Positions 50,786-61,433 of a stretch of DNA of 64,000 nt are shown here, in pieces. Numbering within the stretch: the first letter of the stretch is position 1; every line of letters starts with the position of its first letter. The notes under the pieces were generated by a model. It saw only the letters and a program-made list of their open reading frames with translations, was not told where the DNA came from and ran no database searches. The DNA is taken from positions 969 through 64,968 of the forward strand of contig CACJMX010000004.1 of assembly GCA_902594635.1 (NCBI GenBank), written 5' to 3'. Source of the DNA: an uncultured Pelagibacteraceae bacterium (GTDB lineage Bacteria > Pseudomonadota > Alphaproteobacteria > Pelagibacterales > Pelagibacteraceae). A program made the position numbers and the translations under genes.

Positions 50786-51567
50786 ATAATTTTAATAAAT
50801 ATCCTATTTTTATTTGCAAATTGGATACATTTAGCTTTATCCAAAATTATGTTTTTTTTTGATTTTAACACTATTCCTTTTAGGCCATATTTTTTACAAT
50901 CCTTGATAGTTTGAAGACCAATTGTGGGTAAATCCATTCTTAAATCTTGTTTTTTTTTAGGAAATTTAATTAATATACCATGTGTTTTTTTCTTTAATTT
51001 AATTAGCATTTTTCTTGTTCCCTCTCTTCCCTCTTTGGCAACAATTTTACCATCATTCACAATCAAAGCTTGGACATGATCCAACTCATTCAGTTTATTA
51101 AAATATTTAATTCCTTTTTTAATTGATACCAAATCTTCTCTATTAGGTTTTAATTTTGAATAATTTCCTGCTTTCAAGGCTAATTCTGGATTAAAACTAA
51201 TTGAACTAATAACTTTAATACCCTCTACGTTTAATATTTTAATAATTGCTTTAATTATGGCTGCATCTCCTTTTTTTGCAGCCTTAATGACACTGGGCAT
51301 ATAATAAAAACCCTTAAAATCTAATCTTAATGAAGAAAACTCAGGTTTTGCTATTTTACCAGCAAATAAAACTTTTTTTGATTTTTTTTCTTTAATTAGG
51401 TTTAGAATTTTACCAAATTTTCCAATACTTATACGGTGAGAGTAAATATTTTTTTTGAATTTTGAATTTTTTGAAAAATCAATGATGAAATATTTTTTTT
51501 TTAATTTTTTAATTTTGCTCAGTACAATCTGAGAAAAATCTGTATCTCCTAAAAATAATCCTATCAT
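50782..51567 (-). CDS. lpxI: UDP-2,3-diacylglucosamine pyrophosphatase LpxI
   Basis: Between lpxA and lpxB; AKEGREGT, KKKQDLRMDLPTIG. Confidence 0.88.
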   Translation of the reverse strand: MIGLFLGDTDFSQIVLSKIKKLKKKYFIIDFSKNSKFKKNIYSHRISIGKFGKILNLIKEKKSKKVLFAGKIAKPEFSSLRLDFKGFYYMPSVIKAAKKGDAAIIKAIIKILNVEGIKVISSISFNPELALKAGNYSKLKPNREDLVSIKKGIKYFNKLNELDHVQALIVNDGKIVAKEGREGTRKMLIKLKKKTHGILIKFPKKKQDLRMDLPTIGLQTIKDCKKYGLKGIVLKSKKNIILDKAKCIQFANKNRIFIKII

Positions 51568-51568
51568 C

Positions 51569-52351
51569 TTATTTTGAAAATGGAGTACATATTGGTCTTT
51601 TTTTATCTTTCTCTATAAAACTAACTACTTCGCTTACCAATTCATGTTTTCTTATTTCTTTGCTAAAATTGTTTAAATTTTCAGTTAAATTTTCATTTTT
51701 AAATAGTTCTTTATATGCATCGCTTAAGATCTTTATGTCTCGATTTGGGATATTTTTTCTTCTTAATCCAATTAAATTAAGTCCATGTAGTTTGCTTCTG
51801 TTACCGTGTGCTATACCATAAGGAATAATGTCCCTAACAACACCACACATTCCTCCAATCATTGCAGATCTTCCAACTCTGGTAAATTGTTGAACAGCTG
51901 AATTTCCACCAATAATTACATTATCCTCTATGTAAGCATGACCACCCAAAGGAACACTATTTGCTAAGATGACATTATTACCTACAAAACAATCATGTGC
52001 TATATGAGCCGACACCATGAATAAACATTTATTACCCACTTTTGTTACTCCTCCACCACCATTTGTACCTGGGTTAATTGTTACATACTCTCTAATTTTA
52101 TTATCATTTCCTATTTCAAGTTTTGTTTCCTCACCCTGGAACTTTAAATCTTGAGGGTCATTTCCAATAGATGCAAAGGGATAAATTTTATTATTTTTTC
52201 CTATTTTTGTATTACCGACGATACTGACATGTGATTGTACCTCTGTATTTTCATCAATTTCTACATTTGGTCCCACAACAGAATAAGGTCCAATTTTTAC
52301 ACTGCTATGTAGTTTAGCTTTCGGATCGATTATCGCTGTTTGATGAATCAT
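51569..52351 (-). CDS. lpxA: UDP-N-acetylglucosamine acyltransferase
   Basis: IHQTAIID, PQDLKF, IREYVTI, HIAHDC, hexapeptide repeats. Confidence 0.96.
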   Translation of the reverse strand: MIHQTAIIDPKAKLHSSVKIGPYSVVGPNVEIDENTEVQSHVSIVGNTKIGKNNKIYPFASIGNDPQDLKFQGEETKLEIGNDNKIREYVTINPGTNGGGGVTKVGNKCLFMVSAHIAHDCFVGNNVILANSVPLGGHAYIEDNVIIGGNSAVQQFTRVGRSAMIGGMCGVVRDIIPYGIAHGNRSKLHGLNLIGLRRKNIPNRDIKILSDAYKELFKNENLTENLNNFSKEIRKHELVSEVVSFIEKDKKRPICTPFSK

Positions 52352-53325
52352 TTATTGTCCTTTAAAAATTGTCTAATATTTTTGGCTGGATATCCCATTA
52401 CTTTTGAATTTTCAGGAATATCTTTAATAACCCCACTTCCACCAGCTATTTCAACATTATCTCCAATCCTTAAATGACCTGAAATCCCGGCTTGTCCTCC
52501 AATTTTTACGTTTTTTCCTAAAATGGAACTGCCAGCAATACCTACCTGTCCAGCAATTATTGAATTTTCCCCAATTTTGACATTGTGAGCTATATGAATT
52601 TGGTTGTCCAGAAAAGTGTTTTTACCTATTACAGTATTAGACATAGATCCCCTATCTATAGTTGCATTACAGCCAATTTCACAATTATCTGCAATACGAA
52701 CAATTCCTATATGGGGATATCTTATATTTTTTTTGTTATCAGGAAAAAAACCAAATCCATGTTTACCAATAGTACAATTATCAAGAATTTTTACATTATC
52801 TCCAATTAATGTATTTCTTATTATTGTATTTGACCCAATAGAACAATTATTTCCGATAGAAACATTTTTTTCAATTATTGTATTATGACCTATTAAACAA
52901 TTAGAGCCTATTGAAACATTTTTTCCTATTAAAACATTTTTTCCAAATTTTACTTTTTTTAAATTTTTAATTTCATTTATATTAATTACTGTCTCATCAT
53001 AATGATCATTAACTGAGCTAGGATAGAATTTAGCTGTAACTAATGATGTAGAAATTAAAACATTTTCAACAATTATTGGGGTGCAAGAGTCAGGTAAATA
53101 ATTTTTCAAATTATGAGTAGTAATACAGAATGATGCTTTGGTTAATTTAGCTATTTCAATATATTTTTTTGAATGAAAAAAAGTGATGTCTTTAGCAGTA
53201 GCAGTGTTTAAATCACTTATGTTATTAATTTTTTGAATCGGGATCCCATCTGAGTTTATATTAAGTACCTCTAAAATTTTCACAATTTCAAAAGGACCAT
53301 GATTTATAAAAAAGGGATTTAACAT
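52348..53325 (-). CDS. lpxD: UDP-3-O-acylglucosamine N-acyltransferase
   Basis: Hexapeptide repeats, GFGF, IDRG, DNQIHIAHNV, GQVGIAG; start placed at ATG 53325. Confidence 0.94.
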   Translation of the reverse strand: MLNPFFINHGPFEIVKILEVLNINSDGIPIQKINNISDLNTATAKDITFFHSKKYIEIAKLTKASFCITTHNLKNYLPDSCTPIIVENVLISTSLVTAKFYPSSVNDHYDETVININEIKNLKKVKFGKNVLIGKNVSIGSNCLIGHNTIIEKNVSIGNNCSIGSNTIIRNTLIGDNVKILDNCTIGKHGFGFFPDNKKNIRYPHIGIVRIADNCEIGCNATIDRGSMSNTVIGKNTFLDNQIHIAHNVKIGENSIIAGQVGIAGSSILGKNVKIGGQAGISGHLRIGDNVEIAGGSGVIKDIPENSKVMGYPAKNIRQFLKDNK

Positions 53326-53376
53326 TATTGCTTTTACCAAAGCAAATTTTATTAAGTTATCAATATTTATTGCTAT

Positions 53377-53823
53377 TTATTTCTTATCTACAATCGTAGC
53401 TGACCAAATAGCGTCAGCCATCTTTATTTCATTTACATATGCCTCACCCTTGTATTTCCAAACTTTACCGTGAGACCTAATAGATTCAATTTTTAAAAGA
53501 AGTTTGCAATCTGGTAAAACTGGGTTTCTAAACCTTGCTTTCTCTACACCCATTAGAAAAACTAATTTATTTTCATAAGTTGATCTATCCAAACCGTGAG
53601 CGGTTAAGGCTGCAGCAGCTTGACCAAAAGCCTCGACAATTAAAACACCAGGCATGACCGGTTGACCTGGGAAATGTCCTTGAACAAAAAAACTGTCTTT
53701 TTTGACATTTAATACAGCTGTTGCTGAAGAAAGTTTTTTTATATCATGAAGCTCATCAATCAATAGCATTGGCTCTCTATGGGGTAGTAATTCTAGTATT
53801 TCTTTTTTATATAAAGATGTCAT
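53377..53823 (-). CDS. fabZ: 3-hydroxyacyl-ACP dehydratase
   Basis: LPHREPMLLID, GHFPGQPVMPGVLIVE. Confidence 0.96.
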   Translation of the reverse strand: MTSLYKKEILELLPHREPMLLIDELHDIKKLSSATAVLNVKKDSFFVQGHFPGQPVMPGVLIVEAFGQAAAALTAHGLDRSTYENKLVFLMGVEKARFRNPVLPDCKLLLKIESIRSHGKVWKYKGEAYVNEIKMADAIWSATIVDKK

Positions 53824-54329
53824 TATTTGTTAGACTTATTAACTAACTCTAAAATTTCATTTGTTATATTATATTTATTTTTCCCCATTAAAATATCTTT
53901 TTTATTAAGTACTAAATCAATAGCATTTTTTTCAACATATTCCCCAAGTATTTGATCAACTAGTTTTATAAATTCATTAATTTCTTGCTGCCGAAGTTGA
54001 TTAAAATTTTTAACTAATTTGTCTTTGTCTTTTTTAAATATATCAATTTTATTTTTAAGGTTATTAACCTTTTCTTTATAAGAGTCCTCAGAGATTATAT
54101 TTTTTTGTTTAATTATTTGTGTTTCCTGGTCCTTTAAAATTTTTTCTTTTGACTGTAAAATTTTAATATTTTCCTTATTTTTTTCCTCTAAATTTGAAAG
54201 TATTATTTTTCCTTTATCAGAATTGGCTAAAACAAAATCAACATCTAGATAAACAATTTTTTCATTCGATTGAGACAAACCTGTAAAGAAAAAAAAAATT
54301 GTAAAAAATTTTAAACAAAAACTTTTCAT
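53823..54329 (-). CDS. skp: Skp/OmpH chaperone
   Basis: Signal peptide, KIVYLDV, coiled coil, NITNEIL; follows bamA. Confidence 0.85.
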   Translation of the reverse strand: MKSFCLKFFTIFFFFTGLSQSNEKIVYLDVDFVLANSDKGKIILSNLEEKNKENIKILQSKEKILKDQETQIIKQKNIISEDSYKEKVNNLKNKIDIFKKDKDKLVKNFNQLRQQEINEFIKLVDQILGEYVEKNAIDLVLNKKDILMGKNKYNITNEILELVNKSNK

Positions 54330-54335
54330 TTTAAT

Positions 54336-56582
54336 TTAAAATGTTGTTCCAAGATTAAACCTAAAAGATTCAGTAACATCGTTAGAGCTTTTAGAAATAG
54401 GGTACGCTAAAGAGAAATTCATTGGTCCAGCAGGTGAAAACCAATCTAAGCCTATACCTATGGAACTTTTAATTTTATTATCATCTAAAGCAGAATCGTA
54501 ATCAACACCCCAAATACTTGCTACATCTATAAAAAAAACAAAATCTGTATTTTGTGAATTTTCTAATATTTGAGGGATTGTAGATGTAAAATTAATAGAA
54601 GATAAATAATTTCCACCAATAAAATCGTCTCCATCTTTTGGTCCAACTTTTCCGTATTCAAATCCTCTTAAGGAGCTAGATGGGATTCTTAATCTTTCAG
54701 ACAATTTGATATCTTCATCTTTTAAGGAATGAGCACTTTTAAGAGACAGAGATATTGATGATATATTATTTTCAAATAATTCTGTAAAATATCTGTACCT
54801 ATATGAATTAGTCAAAGTATAAGTGTCACTAATTATAGGTAAGTCAATAGAATATGAACTAAAAAAACCATCAGAAGTTTGAAATTTTTGATTACGCTTA
54901 TCTAATGTGGCACCAAATTGCAAAAAACTATCTATATAATCACCTTCTTGTTTTTTTTGACGATCAGAAGCTGTGCTGTCAGTCTCAATTCTTTCATAAT
55001 AATTTGAGGTTCCTAATTTTACAAAAAAATCATCAAAATATTCAAATCTAGTGCCAATATCAAAACCAGTTTTATTAAATTTATAACCAGAATCTTTTAA
55101 CCTATCGGTTTCACTAGCATCTAAAGTAAAAAATAAAGATTTATCTGAATTTTTATAATTACGATTTTCAACATTAAATGAACCTTTAATTGACTCTGTA
55201 CTTAAGTTAAGATTTGTATCTAAACTAACACCTCTGCCTAAAAAATTATTTTCTTTGACTCCAAACATAAAAGTTGAGCCTGATGTACCAAATCCAGCAC
55301 CTGCCATAATTTCTCCTGTGGGTTTTTCCTCAACAGAAATATTAATAATTCTTGTTTCTGGATTTGATCCCTCCAAGATTTCAGATTTTACATCTTTAAA
55401 GAAATTGAGACTTTTTATGTTATTTATTGACCTTGTGGTCAAAATTTCGTTAAAAGGATCACCCTCGTCTACTAACAACTGATTTCTTATTACTGTTTCT
55501 TCTGTTACATTATTTCCCAGTATATTTATTTTTTCTACAAACCTTTTTTCTGTCTCAGATATTATAAATTTTAAATTTAAATTATTTTCTGTTAATTTTT
55601 CTTCAACCGATGCATTTATAGATTCAAATTGCTCATTCAAAACAATTAGATCAATATCTTCAAGTATATCATTAATCTTATTTAATGAGTATACAGTTCC
55701 TGTCAATTCATCAAACAAATCAGTAATTTTTGTAAAATTATTTATCTCATAGTCGTCAGGTAATTGAAGTTCTAATTTTCCAAAATTTACTTTATCTTTA
55801 GCATCAATATTATAAATCAACTCAAATGAACCATCATTAAATTTTTTAGCAAATGATGAATTTATTGAAACATTGTAATGTCCTTTATTTAAATAAAAAT
55901 TCCTTAAAAGTCTTTCATCAAACCTAATCATACTCTCATTCAAGTATTTTTTTCCACTTAAAATTTTCCAAAACTTGTATTCTTCACTAACAATTACTCT
56001 TTTTAATTTTTGGTCTTTATAAATTTTATCTCCAACAAATATAATTCTTTTAATTTTGGCTTTATCACCTAAATTAATATCAAATATTAGATTTACTTTA
56101 TTGTCGTCAAGGTCCTCTTTATAAAAATCAATTTTAGCAAAATGGAAACCTTGTTCTTTTAATAAAGATAATATTTTTTCCTGTTCTTCTATAAGTTTAA
56201 TCTCATTAAAAGACGACTTTTCTCTAATTGAAAGAACATTATTGATGCCCTCTTTTATTCTTTTTGCTTTAATACCTTTGATTGTAATGTCGGAAATAAT
56301 TGGATTTTCTACTACTGAAATTTTTAAAATACTATTATCAAGTTTAATTTCTAAATTTTTAAAAAAATTAGTTTCATAAAGATTTTTTAAAAGATTATTT
56401 AAATCATTTTCATTTATATCATCATTTATCTTTACTTCACTTAGCATATTTATTGTTTCAATTGGTATACGCTCATTACCATAAATTTCGATTTTTTTTA
56501 CAATTTCACTAAAAGCTGGCCTTGTAGTAAGAGTAAACATTAGCAAAATTATGGATATAAATTTCACTGTATTGTTGAACAT
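54336..56582 (-). CDS. bamA: Outer-membrane assembly factor BamA
   Basis: POTRA repeats (IYGNERI; ILGNNVTEETVIR), LRGF, SPAGP, terminal F. Confidence 0.94.
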   Translation of the reverse strand: MFNNTVKFISIILLMFTLTTRPAFSEIVKKIEIYGNERIPIETINMLSEVKINDDINENDLNNLLKNLYETNFFKNLEIKLDNSILKISVVENPIISDITIKGIKAKRIKEGINNVLSIREKSSFNEIKLIEEQEKILSLLKEQGFHFAKIDFYKEDLDDNKVNLIFDINLGDKAKIKRIIFVGDKIYKDQKLKRVIVSEEYKFWKILSGKKYLNESMIRFDERLLRNFYLNKGHYNVSINSSFAKKFNDGSFELIYNIDAKDKVNFGKLELQLPDDYEINNFTKITDLFDELTGTVYSLNKINDILEDIDLIVLNEQFESINASVEEKLTENNLNLKFIISETEKRFVEKINILGNNVTEETVIRNQLLVDEGDPFNEILTTRSINNIKSLNFFKDVKSEILEGSNPETRIINISVEEKPTGEIMAGAGFGTSGSTFMFGVKENNFLGRGVSLDTNLNLSTESIKGSFNVENRNYKNSDKSLFFTLDASETDRLKDSGYKFNKTGFDIGTRFEYFDDFFVKLGTSNYYERIETDSTASDRQKKQEGDYIDSFLQFGATLDKRNQKFQTSDGFFSSYSIDLPIISDTYTLTNSYRYRYFTELFENNISSISLSLKSAHSLKDEDIKLSERLRIPSSSLRGFEYGKVGPKDGDDFIGGNYLSSINFTSTIPQILENSQNTDFVFFIDVASIWGVDYDSALDDNKIKSSIGIGLDWFSPAGPMNFSLAYPISKSSNDVTESFRFNLGTTF

Positions 56583-56583
56583 A

Positions 56584-57753
56584 TTAGGACTTATACACTT
56601 TTTCTAATACTTTTAAACGTACATATTTATTTAGATCAAGAATATCATTTAAATTTTTGGGATAAATATTTCTATATTTTAAAAATTCTTTATCTTTTAT
56701 ATATTTAAATAATTTACTATTTATTTCAGTAAATTTAATTTTTTTTTGCAAAAATAACTCAACTAAAACATCATTAGCAGAAACTACAATTGTATCATAT
56801 AGGGTATGTTTTTCTGTTAATAAATTTAATAACTTAATCATTGGGTATCTCCTAGAATCTATTTTTATTAAATTTAAATTATTTAGGGTGCCTAAATTTA
56901 AGTCACTAGTATTGATTGTTTTGTTGGTATTGAAGTATAATGTATTAAATATTGGAATTTTCATTGTTGTATCATGTGCTATTATTTTGATTAGACCATT
57001 CTTAAATTTAACAATGGCATGAATATAGGATTTAGGGTGAACTAAAATATCAATTTTGTTATATGGTATTTTAAAAATATTTTTTGCCTCTATTACTTCA
57101 TAAACTTTATTAATCATAGTAGCTGAGTCAATTGATATTTTATTACCCATTTTCCAAGTTGGATGTTTTAATGCTTTATTAATATCTATATTTTTAAATT
57201 TATTTAACGGTAATTTAAAAAAAGGACCTCCGGATGCTGTTAAATAAATTCTTTCAATAAGATTTATGTTCATATTTTTTAACGAGTACCACAAAGAAAA
57301 ATGCTCAGAGTCCACGGGGATAAATTCTGTTTGATATTTATTTAACTCTTTTTGTATTAACCCCCAGCCACAAATTATTGACTCTTTATTTGCAATTGCA
57401 ATTTTTTTAGTATGCTTAATAATATTAATTGTTGGATAAAGACCATCAACACCCGTAATTGAACTCATAACGTAATCAACTTTTTTTTTTAAAATTGATT
57501 TTAATTCTCTGTAATTATTGAATATATTTACATCTAAGTTATTTGTTTTTTTTTTTAAAATTAAATAACTCGATGGATCAGTAATTATTATATTTTTAAC
57601 TTTAAACTTTTTAACTTGTCTCAAAAGAGTGTTATAGTCTTTGTGAGCTGAAATTAAATCAATTTGAAATTTATTTTTTTCCTTTTCAATAATATTTATT
57701 AAATTTTTCCCTATTGAACCAGTTGATCCTAAAATTGCTATTTTTTTTTTCAT
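56584..57753 (-). CDS. dxr: 1-deoxy-D-xylulose 5-phosphate reductoisomerase
   Basis: GSTGSIG, ANKES, PVDSEH, TASGGPF, HPTWKMG, DSATM. Confidence 0.94.
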   Translation of the reverse strand: MKKKIAILGSTGSIGKNLINIIEKEKNKFQIDLISAHKDYNTLLRQVKKFKVKNIIITDPSSYLILKKKTNNLDVNIFNNYRELKSILKKKVDYVMSSITGVDGLYPTINIIKHTKKIAIANKESIICGWGLIQKELNKYQTEFIPVDSEHFSLWYSLKNMNINLIERIYLTASGGPFFKLPLNKFKNIDINKALKHPTWKMGNKISIDSATMINKVYEVIEAKNIFKIPYNKIDILVHPKSYIHAIVKFKNGLIKIIAHDTTMKIPIFNTLYFNTNKTINTSDLNLGTLNNLNLIKIDSRRYPMIKLLNLLTEKHTLYDTIVVSANDVLVELFLQKKIKFTEINSKLFKYIKDKEFLKYRNIYPKNLNDILDLNKYVRLKVLEKVYKS

Positions 57754-57759
57754 TTGATC

Positions 57760-58407
57760 CTAATTTAAAATTTCAAAAGTCAGAACTAAATATCCAAATG
57801 GGAAAGCAAAAATCATACCATCAATTCTATCTAATAATCCTCCATGTCCAGGTATTAAATTGCCAGTATTTTTAATTTTTGATTTTCTTTTAAAATAAGA
57901 AATAACTATATCACCAACTTGACTGATTAATGAAATTAACAATATGAAAATTAACATGTTTATAGAATTAAACTTTAAATAAGGAAAAATAGTTGTTAAT
58001 TCTAAAAACAAATAAGAAAATACTACAGATAATGTAAAACTACCAAACATGCCGGCATATGTTTTATTAGGACTTATTTTTGTTAATTTTTTTCCTTTAA
58101 AAAATTTTCCAAAAATATAACCACCTATATCAGTAGAAATACATATTAACAAAATAAAGACGAAATAAGAGTAATCAACTTCAAAATTAGTCAATCGAAA
58201 AACTGAGTAAAAAGAAAAAAGTAAAAAAATAATTCCAATGACATATTGAATGTTATTTTTTTTCATCATGTGCCATTCATACAGTGAAACTAAAAAACAA
58301 CATAATATAAATAAATTTAAGAATATAGATCCCTTAATAATAAAAAAAATAATTATTGAAATTAATACAAACGAACTAATAATCCTTTTTAAAAATTCTT
58401 GTTTCAT
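57760..58407 (-). CDS. cdsA: Phosphatidate cytidylyltransferase
   Basis: DIGGYIFGK, ISPNKT, SQVGD, PGHGGLLDRID. Confidence 0.93.
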   Translation of the reverse strand: MKQEFLKRIISSFVLISIIIFFIIKGSIFLNLFILCCFLVSLYEWHMMKKNNIQYVIGIIFLLFSFYSVFRLTNFEVDYSYFVFILLICISTDIGGYIFGKFFKGKKLTKISPNKTYAGMFGSFTLSVVFSYLFLELTTIFPYLKFNSINMLIFILLISLISQVGDIVISYFKRKSKIKNTGNLIPGHGGLLDRIDGMIFAFPFGYLVLTFEILN

Positions 58408-59081
58408 TAAATATTACCAAAATTTCTTTTAATAGATTGGTATTCTTTAATAATTTTATCAAAATCCTTTTCATTAAAGTCTGGCCATAATTTCTTTACG
58501 AAAAATATTTCAGAGTAAGCTAATTGCCACAATAAAAAATTACTTAATCTTTTTGTATTGCCAGTTCTAATTAAAAAATCAGGATCTGGTATATTAGAGG
58601 TTTGTAAATATTTAATTAAATTTTTTTCAGTAACCTTTTTTTTAGAATTCTTTAACTTTTTAATAGCATCAATTAATTCAGATTTTGAACCATAATTTAA
58701 TGCTAGGTTGACTTGTAAAGTTTTATTATTAAAGGTTTTTTTTTCTGCATATCTCAGAAGTATATTTAGTTTTCGTGAAAAATTTTTTTTACCAATTATT
58801 TTTAATTTAATCTTATTTTTATGAAATTCATCCAATTTTTTAGTTAAAAAATATTCAAGTAGATTGAATAAGTAATCAATTTCTTTTTTTGGTCTTTTCC
58901 AATTTTCGGTTGAAAAAGCGTATAATGTCAAATATGAGATTTTTCTTTTTATAGTTTGCTTAATTATTTTTTCAATTGCTTTAAGACCTTGCCTATGACC
59001 TGAATTTCTAGAATTTTTATTTTTTTTACCCCATCTTCCGTTACCATCCATGATAATGGCTACATGATTTAATGGGTTCAT
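58407..59081 (-). CDS. uppS: Undecaprenyl diphosphate synthase
   Basis: IIMDGNGRW, YAFSTENWKRP, NYG, RTG, SNFLLWQ. Confidence 0.95.
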   Translation of the reverse strand: MNPLNHVAIIMDGNGRWGKKNKNSRNSGHRQGLKAIEKIIKQTIKRKISYLTLYAFSTENWKRPKKEIDYLFNLLEYFLTKKLDEFHKNKIKLKIIGKKNFSRKLNILLRYAEKKTFNNKTLQVNLALNYGSKSELIDAIKKLKNSKKKVTEKNLIKYLQTSNIPDPDFLIRTGNTKRLSNFLLWQLAYSEIFFVKKLWPDFNEKDFDKIIKEYQSIKRNFGNI

Positions 59082-59629
59082 ATTGTCATTATTTCTTTTT
59101 CTTTTAAGGAAACTTTTTCATCAACTAATTTTATATGATCATCTGTTATTGTTTGAACTTTTTTTTCTTGTGTTTTTTCTTCATCCTCACCGATATCTTT
59201 TGATTTTAAAAGTTTTTTTAAATCCTCATTGGCTTCTCGTCTAATATTTCTTATGGAAACTTTACATTTTTCTCCAACAGACTTAATTATTTTTTTTAGT
59301 TCTGTTCTTCTCTCTTCATTAAGTTCAGGGACAGGTAATCTTACCAACTGCCCATCTATTTGAGGATTTAATCCAAGATCAGACTTTTTAATAGCTGCGT
59401 CAACTAATGAAACGTTATTTATGTCCCAAACTTGAATATTTATCATCCGTGGCTCCGGTGTTGTTATACTGCCAACTTGATTAATTGGCATTTGCTGACC
59501 ATAAACATCAACTTTAATTAAATCTAACATAGCAGCGTTTGCCCTGCCTGTACGAAGTGAAGATAATTCTTTTGAAAATACCTCTATGGCTTTATCCATT
59601 TTAAGGTTGTAAGATTTTTCATCAAACAT
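59078..59629 (-). CDS. frr: Ribosome recycling factor
   Basis: RTGRAN, LNPQ, PELNEERR, IRNIRR. Confidence 0.96.
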   Translation of the reverse strand: MFDEKSYNLKMDKAIEVFSKELSSLRTGRANAAMLDLIKVDVYGQQMPINQVGSITTPEPRMINIQVWDINNVSLVDAAIKKSDLGLNPQIDGQLVRLPVPELNEERRTELKKIIKSVGEKCKVSIRNIRREANEDLKKLLKSKDIGEDEEKTQEKKVQTITDDHIKLVDEKVSLKEKEIMTI

Positions 59630-60481
59630 TTACTCTCCAATTTTAATTCTATAAAATTCTCTAATTTTTAGATCAGCAATAGATAATTCTGACAATATAT
59701 CCTTCACCTTTTTTTTAGGTTCCATAACCCAAGCTTGTGTTAAGAGAGCATTTTCCTCTTTAAACTTATTCATTTTACCTAAACTAATTTTTTTAGCAAT
59801 TTCCTCAGGTTTTCCAGAATTTTTTAATTCCTCTGCAACAAGCTCTTGCTCTTTGTCGATAATATCTTGATCAATTAAATTAGACTCTAAAGCTAAAGGG
59901 TTTGAAGCAGCAATGTGCATGGATAACTGTTTACTAAAAGTTTTTACTGCCTCAGAATTTTCATTTGTTTCTAATGAAACTAATACAGCTAACTTAGCAA
60001 CGTTATCTTGAACAACTGTGTGGAGATAATGATTATTTACACCTTTTGAGTTTTCAATGGTTTTAGATTTACCAATCGTTATTTTTTCACCAATTTTTGC
60101 AATCAAAGCAACTAGATTTTCATCAACTGTTTGACCATTTCCCATTTTTGAGTTTTTTAATTCTTCAAGATTAGAATTTTTTTGGTTATTTAATTCACTA
60201 AGTTCTTTAACAAAACTTATAAAGTCCTCATTTTTAGCAACAAAATCAGTCTCACAATTTACCTCAATTATGGAAGTTTTTGTTTCATTTCCACTTACAA
60301 CAACAACACCTTCTTTAGCATCTCTAGACATTTTTTTTGAAGCCTTAGAAATTCCTTTTACTCTAAGGATTTCGATAGCCTTATCTATATCTCCGTTAGC
60401 TTCTTTAATTGCTAAATTGCAATCTTTGAAACCTGCACCAGTTACTTCTCTTAATTTTTTTACGTTCTCTATGTCGCTCAT
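59630..60481 (-). CDS. tsf: Elongation factor Ts
   Basis: [30 protein letters not shown]. Confidence 0.97.
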   Translation of the reverse strand: MSDIENVKKLREVTGAGFKDCNLAIKEANGDIDKAIEILRVKGISKASKKMSRDAKEGVVVVSGNETKTSIIEVNCETDFVAKNEDFISFVKELSELNNQKNSNLEELKNSKMGNGQTVDENLVALIAKIGEKITIGKSKTIENSKGVNNHYLHTVVQDNVAKLAVLVSLETNENSEAVKTFSKQLSMHIAASNPLALESNLIDQDIIDKEQELVAEELKNSGKPEEIAKKISLGKMNKFKEENALLTQAWVMEPKKKVKDILSELSIADLKIREFYRIKIGE

Positions 60482-60482
60482 A

Positions 60483-61304
60483 TTAATTTAAAGTCTCCTT
60501 AGTTTCTTTAGAGAACTTCTGTTCTAATTTTTCTCTATCAAGTTCTTGGATTGTTTTTGATTTATCTTCGTCTTTTATATTTTCTTTAATTTTATCTTGA
60601 GTAGTTTCTTGAGTTGGAATTGAGCTTTTTGCGCTGTTAATTGTTTCCTTTATAAGATTGCAATATAGATCAATTGCTCTTCTGGCATCATCATTTCCAG
60701 GAATTGGATAATCAATGTTCTCAGGATTTGAGTTACTATCTAAAATTGCAATTATAGGTATTCCAAGTTTAGCAGACTCTGCAATTGCTAAGGATTCGTA
60801 GTTTGTATCTATTACAAAAACAAGATCAGGAACTTTTTTCATTTCAGCAATTCCACCTAAAGATCTTTGAAGCTTATCTTTTTTAACACTCATTTTTAAG
60901 AGTTCTTTTTTAGTAAACCCTCTATTTTCAGCAGAAATATCTATTTCTAATTTTTTCAATTTTTTAATTGAATTTGAAATTGTTCCCCAATTAGTTAACA
61001 TTCCACCTAACCATCTATAATTTACAAAATATTGATCTGTTTCTTTTGCAACTTCTGCTATTGCTTCTGAAGCTTGTTTTTTAGTAGAAACAAATAAAAT
61101 TTTTCCATTATTGGCTATTGTATTATAGACCTTTTCTAAAGCCACTTTAGTTAGCTCCAGTGTTTGTGTTAAATCTATAATGTGAATTGAGTCTCTCTTT
61201 CCAAAAATATATTTCTTCATTTTCGGATTCCACCTCAAGGTTTTGTGACCAAGATGTACACCTGCTTCTAATAATTGTTGAATTGTAACGTTAGGTATTT
61301 TCAT
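60483..61304 (-). CDS. rpsB: 30S ribosomal protein S2
   Basis: [31 protein letters not shown]. Confidence 0.97.
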   Translation of the reverse strand: MKIPNVTIQQLLEAGVHLGHKTLRWNPKMKKYIFGKRDSIHIIDLTQTLELTKVALEKVYNTIANNGKILFVSTKKQASEAIAEVAKETDQYFVNYRWLGGMLTNWGTISNSIKKLKKLEIDISAENRGFTKKELLKMSVKKDKLQRSLGGIAEMKKVPDLVFVIDTNYESLAIAESAKLGIPIIAILDSNSNPENIDYPIPGNDDARRAIDLYCNLIKETINSAKSSIPTQETTQDKIKENIKDEDKSKTIQELDREKLEQKFSKETKETLN

Positions 61305-61307
61305 ATT

Positions 61308-61384
61308 TATTCCCGGTTAAGCCACCACAGTAATTTCCAATTAAGGACCGGAGGTATAAAACCAACAACTGTGTGCGTGTTAAT
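61308..61384 (-). ncRNA. rpsB 5' leader (S2 autoregulatory RNA with pseudoknot)
   Basis: GC-rich leader with CACAGT/ACTGTG stem and CCGGT/ACCGG crossing pair next to the start. Structured rpsB leaders are known in Proteobacteria including Pelagibacter. Confidence 0.8.
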
Positions 61385-61433
61385 TTAATTAATGCTGTAT
61401 TTACAAATAATTTATGAATTTAACAAGTTTTAT

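Noticed and set aside
56584-57753. Divergent Dxr motifs (NKVYE, HPKS, SAND) suggesting a pseudogene
   Set aside because: Full-length frame retains the NADPH-binding motif and the metal ligands (DSE and the NKxxE glutamate)
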